DNA of 25,800 bases from Candidatus Adiutrix sp. (lineage in GTDB: Bacteria > Desulfobacterota > Desulfarculia > Adiutricales > Adiutricaceae). Position 1 is the first letter of the stretch. The number at the start of each line of letters is the position of its first letter. The stretch lies in NCBI GenBank assembly GCA_031263565.1, contig JAISFR010000118.1, positions 1-25,800 of the forward strand, in the 5' to 3' direction. Shown one piece after another: positions 9,301-15,124 of this stretch. The translations under genes and the position numbers were made by a program. The notes under the pieces were generated by a model. The model was not told where the DNA came from and did not search any database. It saw only the letters and a list, made by a program, of their open reading frames with translations.

Positions 9301-11612
9301 ACCGGGATGCTTTTTTGATTCTGCAGAATATTCTGCCCCTGATCGACAGCGCCGGCCTGCTCCGCTTTCCGCCGGCGGCCCGGGCGCTGGCCATGCTGTT
9401 CTGGCAAAGGGTCCGTCACGAGCCCGGGCCCTCGACCTGGATTGAGAGCGCCCGCGCCAGCCAGGCTGTCGGCCTTTTGTACCATCACGACGGCGGGCTT
9501 GAAACCCTGCGGGCGGAAATAGAAAAGAGCCTGATCTCCTTTCTGGGCGACAGCGGTTTCGAGCTCCAGCCCGACTGCCTGGCCCAGGCCTCGGAGTTTC
9601 TTTCCCTGACCCTGGCCCGGCAGCCGGAAGAATTCGTTTGCGGTAAATACGCGCGAACCCTGTATCGGCAACTGCGGGCCCAGTTGGAGGCCCGCCACCT
9701 CTGGAGCGGTTACGCCAATGTGCAGCGGGAACATCCTGAACGCCTGGCCTGGCGCTGGAAGATGATGACCGGCTGGCTGCGGGGCCTGGCCGCCCAGCCC
9801 GAATATGAGCCTCTGGCCGCTTATGTTGAGGAGGCCGCCGCCCTGGCCATTGCCGACAACAGCGGAGAGATGAATGTTCAGTTCAGCGAAACCGATTTGG
9901 CGGTGACCGTCGAAGGCCTGATGAGTTCTCATCCGCGGATAAAAGAGGGCCGCCTGACCCTGGCCATTGACGATTTTTTCAGCCGGCTGCGGCGCCACAA
10001 GCGTCAGATGCAGCCTGGTTATCACAGTTATCAGCAGCGGCGTCACGCCTTTCTGGAAAAAGAGCGCGACCGGCTGCGTCTGGACGACTTTAAGCCCCAG
10101 CCGCTGACCTCCTTTGTTCGCAACCGTTTGATCGACGAGGTTTATCTGCCGATCATCGGCGACAATCTGGCCAGGCAGATGGGGGCTTCGGGGGAGGCCC
10201 GCCGCAGCGACCTGATGGGTCTCCTGATGCTCATCTCCCCGCCGGGTTACGGCAAGACCACCCTCATGGAATATGTGGCCCACGCTTTGGGGTTGATCTT
10301 CATGAAGATCAACGGACCTTCCCTCGGCCGCGCGGTGCTGTCCCTGGATCCCGCCCAGGCCCCGGACGGGACGTCCGGACAGGAGTTGCGTAAACTTAAT
10401 CTGGCCCTGGAGATGGGCAACAACGTCATGCTTTATGTGGACGACATTCAGCACACCAACCCCGAGTTTCTGCAGAAATTTATTTCTCTGTGCGATGCGA
10501 CCCGCCGCATTGAAGGCGTCTGGAACGGGCGCGGCAAAACTTACGACCTGCGCGGCAAGAAGTTCTGCGTGGTCATGGCCGGCAACCCTTACACCGAGTC
10601 GGGCGAAGTTTTCAAAATTCCGGACATGCTGGCCAACCGGGCCGACGTCTATAATCTCGGCGAGGTGCTCGGCGGCCTGGAGGAGGCCTTTGCCCGGAGC
10701 TACATCGAAAACAGCCTGACCTCCAACCCGGTTCTGGCGCCTCTGGCCCAGCGGGATATGAAAGACCTCCATCACTTCCTGGAGCGGGCCCAGGGCAAGG
10801 CTTTCAGCGCCGGAGAACTGAGGTGCGACTACAGTGAAGCCGAGCAGACCGAGATCCCCGCGGTCTTAAGCCGCCTCCTGACTCTGCGGGATACGGTGAT
10901 GAAGGTCAACCGCCATTACATCGCCAGCGCCGCCCAGTCCGACAAATACCGCTCCGAGCCGCCCTTCAGGCTCCAGGGCAGTTACCGCAACATGAACAAG
11001 CTGGCCGGACAGGTTTCGGCGGTGATGAACGAGCGGGAACTGGAAGGCCTGCTGGACGACATGTACGCCGGCGAGGCCCAGCTCCTGACCGGTTTCGCCG
11101 AGGAGAACCTGTTGAAGCTGGCCGAGATAAGGGGCCGCCAGTCGCCGGAGCAGGCCGCCAGGTGGGCCGAGATCAAAAGGCAGTTCAATCGGGACAAGAC
11201 TTTCGGCGGGGACGGCGCCGAAGCCGGCGACCGGCTGGTGGCCCAGTTGGCCGATCTGGCCCACTATGTCAAAATTCTGGGTGAACGGAGCGGCGGCGGC
11301 TCAGACAAGCTGTCGGGGCAGCTGGCCAACCTGGTGGCGGCCGTGGCGGCCGTCAGCGGCGGCCGGAAAGTGGTCAAGATGTCGGACCTTATGGAGCAGG
11401 TCAACAGCGCCCGCAATAAATCAACCGTTATTCCCCATATTCAGCCGCTTCAAGTCCAGCCCGCTGTTTCAAAGCCGGCCGCTCCGCCTCAGGGAGGGCC
11501 GGCTGCGGCGGCCCGGGCCCGCACCGGGCCCGGCCAGGGGCATCAAGCGCCGCCGAACCCCCACGCGCCTCAGCCGCCTCGCCGACCGGCGCCGCCCAAA
11601 CCCAAGTCCTGA
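6351..11612 (+). CDS. Giant multidomain protein (~1753-1756 aa). Large N-terminal region of unknown function with mixed alpha/beta and coiled-coil segments. C-terminal AAA+ ATPase module of MoxR/AAA_5-like type. Pro-rich basic disordered C-terminal tail.
   Basis: Start is ATG at 6351 (or GTG at 6342), 4-13 nt after the flotillin stop, so translationally coupled. Walker A ISPPGYGKTTLMEY at about nt 10240-10265. Walker B-like MLYVDDIQHTNPEFLQKF, resembling MoxR DEINRAPPEVQ, at about 10430-10470. Followed by sensor-like VVMAGNPYTESGE and ANRADVYNLG. Tail ...PPQGGPAAAARARTGPGQGHQAPPNPHAPQPPRRPAPPKPKS. I recognise no match to a named family for the first ~1280 aa. Confidence 0.8.
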   Translation: MAEIKDEKLEALDAAVAEGGAYEILRRRLSDLGGQLRAAAQDLNERRLAEFGKSEMDLAGRVRIRTENNCMARDIVQVGGLLLFGYNVFIGLKKETRVEDVFSLYKLEDRGGDYEAVPIPLADTFLADPVFVRDFTELYTYYKDAGLLQLSVWDGKLLASFRIGLKVSDVRVFRWSVSADGRNLSYIDNRGERDIKLPPAHDFEWVRTGRENAVGGRHPHVNILDTVFVETVGGDLTVKMENNTESGLGIYREDVLDKTQSLDDGQIEYARVGSLILLKILPYRETVWRYLVYNSLTHDVRRIDAIGQACLELPEDHGIIFPGGCYLQNGEWKTFDQPMNGMLFRRQRKSPNGEDVLYVFYDPEAGRLTLFNYNLIERALASPIMGDGYTLLEDGRMILFEDQGDEATRIHPMQIWRTPFYTDEYAALTRSRNTVLSRVGNADLVRGISDLYNIVREVEAPRVSSALYNKLSQDARRLFDAYFWMKDEENFKVAAVLREIARTGELVIDEYEKVESIRKQAEKALREAAAAQKELFGKLTPDAWDNIREFSDGLESVQLQRGRLISLRALRYIDLAGIDQLEAELKTREDEVARGAAVFLAGDRALAPYTAALVQLDTQTARAPNVAALAAAGAELEKISGDLDALSALMSSVPFEDATWQTRIIEDISEVYARTNQARARLAARRRELGGAEDQARFGARFKLFSQTMASAVTLATDPERCDEELARLLLQLEEMESQFGDYEEFSADILQKREELLETFESRKQTLLDARQRRAQGLAGSARRILETLPRRTARLAAIEEINAFFAADPMVLKLRDLTDSLRALKDSVRAEDLEARFKAARDQALRGLRDKTELYEDGGATIRLGPRHRFSVNTQELDLTVLPQEGELRLSLTGTDFQEPVRDAGLEDMRQFWGMVIESESADVSRAEFLAYEILQAARSGRDGFDYEEMRAMLSRPEELEAKVRAFAAPRYREGYEKGLHDRDAFLILQNILPLIDSAGLLRFPPAARALAMLFWQRVRHEPGPSTWIESARASQAVGLLYHHDGGLETLRAEIEKSLISFLGDSGFELQPDCLAQASEFLSLTLARQPEEFVCGKYARTLYRQLRAQLEARHLWSGYANVQREHPERLAWRWKMMTGWLRGLAAQPEYEPLAAYVEEAAALAIADNSGEMNVQFSETDLAVTVEGLMSSHPRIKEGRLTLAIDDFFSRLRRHKRQMQPGYHSYQQRRHAFLEKERDRLRLDDFKPQPLTSFVRNRLIDEVYLPIIGDNLARQMGASGEARRSDLMGLLMLISPPGYGKTTLMEYVAHALGLIFMKINGPSLGRAVLSLDPAQAPDGTSGQELRKLNLALEMGNNVMLYVDDIQHTNPEFLQKFISLCDATRRIEGVWNGRGKTYDLRGKKFCVVMAGNPYTESGEVFKIPDMLANRADVYNLGEVLGGLEEAFARSYIENSLTSNPVLAPLAQRDMKDLHHFLERAQGKAFSAGELRCDYSEAEQTEIPAVLSRLLTLRDTVMKVNRHYIASAAQSDKYRSEPPFRLQGSYRNMNKLAGQVSAVMNERELEGLLDDMYAGEAQLLTGFAEENLLKLAEIRGRQSPEQAARWAEIKRQFNRDKTFGGDGAEAGDRLVAQLADLAHYVKILGERSGGGSDKLSGQLANLVAAVAAVSGGRKVVKMSDLMEQVNSARNKSTVIPHIQPLQVQPAVSKPAAPPQGGPAAAARARTGPGQGHQAPPNPHAPQPPRRPAPPKPKS

Positions 11613-11614
11613 TG

Positions 11615-11650
11615 TTGACAAAGCCCCCGGCGTTGACAAAACCCCCGGCG
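11615..11650 (+). repeat. Tandem 18-bp direct repeat TTGACAAAGCCCCCGGCG / TTGACAAAACCCCCGGCG, immediately after the giant gene's stop.
   Basis: Seen directly: 17 of 18 positions identical, head-to-tail, each copy starting with a -35-like TTGACA. The same TTGACAAAGCC 11-mer also occurs at 4388-4398, between the NfeD and flotillin genes. Confidence 0.5.
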
Positions 11651-11654
11651 GCTC

Positions 11655-11683
11655 TTGGCGGGCGGGCTTTTCTGTGCTATAAT
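11655..11683 (+). promoter_or_regulatory. Putative sigma70 promoter with extended -10 (TTGGCG-N17-TGcTATAAT) for the downstream cell-wall cluster.
   Basis: Perfect TATAAT at 11678-11683, preceded by TGc (extended -10). TTGGCG lies 17 nt upstream. About 60 nt upstream of the lipoprotein ATG at 11744. Confidence 0.45.
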
Positions 11684-11743
11684 GGGCAGATGTTTACGGC
11701 AAGGCTGGACTTCAGGATCTCAAGACCTCCGGGAGAGCGTTTG

Positions 11744-12358
11744 ATGCCGCCCTTCAGAAAAATGCTGCTGCTCGGCCTGGCGGCCGCTCTGGCGCTGGGC
11801 CTGGGCGCCTGCGGGCGCGGCCCTTTCTCTCCGGAGGCCCGGCGTCAGTCCCGGGAACTGGATCAATACCTCAAAGCGCTTCAGGCTGATCTGCTCACTG
11901 ACGACACTTTTGAATGGAATACTCTTTCTTCGGCCCTGACCGTCAAAGCCCTGGCCTATTCCGGCCCGGTGCGCCAGGCCGCCGAACAGCGCTTCAGGGG
12001 CGACCCCGCGTTTCAGGAAGAAAGCTCCCGCTGGGCTCAGGCCCCCGGCCGCCGTCATCCGCCGCTGGTCATCCTGATGGGGCTCTTCGCCCCGGACCTT
12101 CAGGAGCAAGACGTCGCCCCGGCCGGGCGTTTCCGCCCCCGCCTCCGGACCGCCGACGGACGGAGCCTCAAGCCTCTGGAGATTAAGAGCTATGGCCGCG
12201 GCTCGGTTTTTGTCCGTGACCATTTCCCGGTTTTCAACCCCTGGGAGGCGGTTTATCTGCTGCGCTTCCCCTCACCCGGGGCCGGCCCTGAGGGGCGGCT
12301 CGATTTCCTCCTGGAATGGCCGGGCGGCGTTCAGACCATGGCTATCAATGACCGCTGA
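11744..12358 (+). CDS. Putative lipoprotein of unknown function
   Basis: ATG at 11744 with a GGGAGAG RBS 7 nt upstream. Signal peptide MPPFRKMLLLGLAAALALGLGAC with lipobox LGAC. The longer ORF-track start at 11612 merely reads through the tandem DNA repeat (LTKPPALTKPPA) and is rejected. Confidence 0.6.
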   Translation: MPPFRKMLLLGLAAALALGLGACGRGPFSPEARRQSRELDQYLKALQADLLTDDTFEWNTLSSALTVKALAYSGPVRQAAEQRFRGDPAFQEESSRWAQAPGRRHPPLVILMGLFAPDLQEQDVAPAGRFRPRLRTADGRSLKPLEIKSYGRGSVFVRDHFPVFNPWEAVYLLRFPSPGAGPEGRLDFLLEWPGGVQTMAINDR

Positions 12359-12434
12359 TTTCTTTCCAGGCCCGCCGGACATCGCGCCTTTTAAACGGAC
12401 CGCCGCTGCCGCGGCCGACCCGGGGGCTTATTAA

Positions 12435-14216
12435 GTGATCCGGCGGATTCAAATCGCCGTTCTGGCGCTGATCTGCCTGACGGCCGGCCGGGCCCCGGCC
12501 GCCCCGGGCGACATGCTGCCCGACGCCATCCTCTATCCCGGCGACCGGCCCGGCCATATCCTGGTGGCGGACAAGGCTGAGCAGATGCTCTACCTCTACA
12601 GCCATGACGGCCAGGGCCGGGTGCGCCTGGAACGGATCATGCCCTGTTCCACCGGCGAAATAAAAGGCGACAAAATGATTCAGGGGGACAGAAAGACCCC
12701 CAACGGTTTCTATATTTTCAATGAAAAGCTGCTGCCCCGCGAGCTTTCGCCGATTTACGGCGCTTTGGCCTATCCCACCGACTACCCCAATTTCTGGGAC
12801 AGGAAAATGGGGCGCGGCGGATACGGCATCTGGATCCACGGCATCAACAAACCCCTGGCGGATTACGATTCCAACGGCTGCATCGAACTGGAAAATGCCG
12901 ACATCGCCCGGATGGAGGAATTGATCCGGCTCTACGACACCCCGCTGATCACCTACGAGACGATGACCCAGGCTCCGGTGGAGCAGTTGGAAGCCGAGGG
13001 GCGTCTTCTGCGGGACTTTCTGGAAACCTGGCGCCGCGCCTGGGCCGGGAAGGACCACGCCGCCTATCGCCGCCTTTATGACCCTGAATTCGTCAATTCC
13101 GACGGCCGCTCCTTTTCCGGCTGGATGACCCACAAGGAGAACGTGGCCCGGAATTATCAGACCATCACCGTGGAAATCAAGGATTTGAAGATCTACCGCC
13201 ACCGGGACGTGCTGCTGGCCGTCTTCGAGCAGGACTATCGGGGCGATCAGCGATTCACCTCCATAGGCCTTAAGCGCCTGTATCTGAAGAAAGAGGACGG
13301 CGCCTATAAAATCATCGGCGAAGAATTTCGCCCGCTGCCCGAACCGGAAACCCGCAAATGGCTGACTGCCGCCGAAAAGCGCCGCGCTTTGGAGACCCCG
13401 CCGCTGACCGTGGCCAAAGCCCAGACTCCGGCGGCCGGATCCGAGGTCCCCGGAACTTCGGAGCAAGCCCGGGCTGTGGCCGATCAGGCCGGGGCGGCCG
13501 CCGGGCTCCAGGCCGAAGCCGCCCGGGCGGAAGCCGAAGCCCGGGCCGCCCAAGCCCGGGCGGCCGCCGAGGTCCAGGCCCAAGCCGCCCAAGTTCAGGC
13601 GGCCGCCGAGGCCCAGGCCCAAGCCCGGGCGGAAGCGGAAGCCCAAGCCGCCCAAGTTCAGGCGGCAGCCGAGGCCCAGGCCCAAGCCCAGGCGGAAGCG
13701 GAAGCCGAAGCCCAAGCCGCCCAAGCCCGGGCGGAAGCCGAAGCCGAAGCCCAGGCCCGGGCGGCAGCCGAAGCGGCCGGCCGGGACCAGGCCCGGCTCG
13801 AGGCCGAAACCAGAGCCCTGGAGGCCGCCCGAATTCGAGCCGAAGCCCGGGCCGCCGAGGAAGCCCGGATAAAACAGGAACTGACCACCCTGGTCAGAAA
13901 CTGGGCCGCGGCCTGGAGCCGCCGGGACGCCGGGGCCTACCTGGCTTTTTATCATCCTGATTTCTATTTTGACGACAAAGACCTGGACCTGGCCGGCTTC
14001 ATCAACTACCGCCGGCCTCTGATCGAAGAGGCCTCGGTCATTGAAGTCAAGGTCTCCAATTTCGACGTCCGGCTGGACGGCGAAACGGTCCGGGTCATTT
14101 TCCGTCAGGACTACCGCTCTGACCATTACCGTGACCGGGGGCGCAAGACCCTGACCTTGAAAAGGGACGCGGGCCTCTGGAAAATCGTGGCCGAGACCTG
14201 GAAGGCCCTGAGATGA
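12435..14216 (+). CDS. Secreted L,D-transpeptidase-fold (YkuD) protein with an Ala/Glu/Gln-rich repeat linker and two NTF2-like (SnoaL/DUF4440-like) domains. Csd6/Pgp2-like candidate L,D-carboxypeptidase or L,D-transpeptidase.
   Basis: GTG start with signal peptide MIRRIQIAVLALICLTAGRAPAAP. YkuD catalytic region ...GYGIWIHGINKPLADYDSNGCIELENADI (conserved His and Cys). Two copies of an NTF2-like module (LRDFLETWRRAWAGKDHAAYRRLYDPEF... and LTTLVRNWAAAWSRRDAGAYLAFYHPDF...), separated by an (EAQA)n low-complexity linker. Confidence 0.75.
   Translation: MIRRIQIAVLALICLTAGRAPAAPGDMLPDAILYPGDRPGHILVADKAEQMLYLYSHDGQGRVRLERIMPCSTGEIKGDKMIQGDRKTPNGFYIFNEKLLPRELSPIYGALAYPTDYPNFWDRKMGRGGYGIWIHGINKPLADYDSNGCIELENADIARMEELIRLYDTPLITYETMTQAPVEQLEAEGRLLRDFLETWRRAWAGKDHAAYRRLYDPEFVNSDGRSFSGWMTHKENVARNYQTITVEIKDLKIYRHRDVLLAVFEQDYRGDQRFTSIGLKRLYLKKEDGAYKIIGEEFRPLPEPETRKWLTAAEKRRALETPPLTVAKAQTPAAGSEVPGTSEQARAVADQAGAAAGLQAEAARAEAEARAAQARAAAEVQAQAAQVQAAAEAQAQARAEAEAQAAQVQAAAEAQAQAQAEAEAEAQAAQARAEAEAEAQARAAAEAAGRDQARLEAETRALEAARIRAEARAAEEARIKQELTTLVRNWAAAWSRRDAGAYLAFYHPDFYFDDKDLDLAGFINYRRPLIEEASVIEVKVSNFDVRLDGETVRVIFRQDYRSDHYRDRGRKTLTLKRDAGLWKIVAETWKALR
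13490..13800 (+). repeat. In-frame tandem GCC-GAA/GCC-CAA-type repeats, with a period of about 61 bp plus shorter 6-bp units, encoding an (E/Q)A-repeat linker.
   Basis: Seen directly: the near-identical block gcccaagccgcccaagttcaggcggc(c/a)gccgaggcccaggcccaagccc occurs at ~13580-13627 and ~13641-13688. Surrounding sequence is gccgaagcc/gcccaggcc repeats encoding AEAQAQAEAEA. Confidence 0.6.
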
Positions 14217-14305
14217 ACCCCAACGGCTGAATGATGAGCCCCTCGCGCGGAAAAGCGCCCGCCAAGGGACGCTGGAATATCTTGATCATCCGCCCCAGGG
14301 GCGAG

Positions 14306-15079
14306 ATGATTGATTTTTCCGTCTCGCCGGTGGCCTTGCTGGCCTTCTGGCTCTTCGTCCTGATCCTGGCGGCCGTCTCGGTCGTGACGGTCGGCCGTTA
14401 TTTCAGCCTCTACCTGGAACACCGGGATCTGGAAGGCGTTCATCGGGAAGCCGCCCTGGAGTTGAGCCGCCTGCGCCGTCAATTTGAATATCAGTCGGCG
14501 GTGGCTGACGATTATCTGGAGATCATGAACGCCCTGGGCCGCATCGAGGCCCAGGACGGGCCGGAGACGGCCGAAGCGTCGGAAGCCGCCCCGGAGAATG
14601 GCGAGTTTATAGCTTCCGGAGCGCTGGAGGCTCTGGCCGCCCAGGTCGGCTCTGAAGGCGGACGGCCGCCGGCGGAGCCCGCCGACGGCCGCCTGGCCGC
14701 CTGGGCGGATTTCTTTCCCGGGCCGGCCTTTCCGCCGGAGCAGGAACTGGAGATTGAGAATCTCAGGATCAACGGCGGGCACTTCCGGTTTCAACTGCTC
14801 AACGAAGGCGCCGGCCGGCAGGCGCAGGGGCGGCTGCTTTTGCTTTTCGCGGTGGAGGAGGCCGATGGCCAGATCAGCCTGAGGCCCTACCCGGATTTTG
14901 ACCCCCAAAGCCCCCGGCCGGATTTTGAGGCCGGGCCGGCTTACAATATCCGTTCATCCAAGCCGGTTTCCGGTCAGTTGGAACTGAACGGGGGCGACCG
15001 GGTGCTGGAGATGATGGTCATCGCCCGGTCCCGCGCCGGCAACGTGGTCCTGAAAAAGAAGATCAGCCCCGATTCCTGA
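14306..15079 (+). CDS. Membrane-anchored hypothetical protein: one N-terminal TM helix, a coiled-coil segment, and a C-terminal beta-rich domain.
   Basis: ATG at 14306 preceded by an AGGGG RBS. The alternative ATG at 14231 lacks an RBS. TM VSPVALLAFWLFVLILAAVSVVTV. Located between the LDT-fold and M14-like genes. Confidence 0.5.
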   Translation: MIDFSVSPVALLAFWLFVLILAAVSVVTVGRYFSLYLEHRDLEGVHREAALELSRLRRQFEYQSAVADDYLEIMNALGRIEAQDGPETAEASEAAPENGEFIASGALEALAAQVGSEGGRPPAEPADGRLAAWADFFPGPAFPPEQELEIENLRINGGHFRFQLLNEGAGRQAQGRLLLLFAVEEADGQISLRPYPDFDPQSPRPDFEAGPAYNIRSSKPVSGQLELNGGDRVLEMMVIARSRAGNVVLKKKISPDS

Positions 15080-15124
15080 GCCGCCCCCCGGGTCGGCGGC
15101 CTCCCCTGGAAAGGTTCGATTTTA

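Noticed and set aside
9030-10775. 581-aa minus-strand ORF inside the giant gene. Similar long antisense ORFs occur at 834-1997, 5262-6455, 12345-14126, 15122-15913 and 20254-21939.
   Set aside because: All lie antisense to well-supported, motif-bearing plus-strand genes. Their products are low-complexity Gly/Ala/Arg/Pro-rich with no motifs and no RBS. This is the typical open antisense frame of high-GC DNA.
11612-11743. ORF-track N-terminal extension of the lipoprotein gene (MLTKPPALTKPPA...)
   Set aside because: It is a read-through of the tandem 18-bp DNA repeat and the promoter (TATAAT lies inside it). The ATG at 11744 has a proper RBS and is followed at once by a lipoprotein signal peptide.
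13490-13800. Possible CRISPR-like array, suggested by regular short repeats
   Set aside because: The repeats are contiguous, in-frame and coding (AEAQ), with no unique spacers of constant length. It is a protein low-complexity linker, not a CRISPR array.
13358-13960. 200-aa plus-strand ORF in an alternate frame over the EAQ repeat (PGGSRSPGRPSPGG...)
   Set aside because: Frame artefact of the GCC-rich tandem repeat. The annotated frame carries the conserved YkuD and NTF2 domains on both sides.
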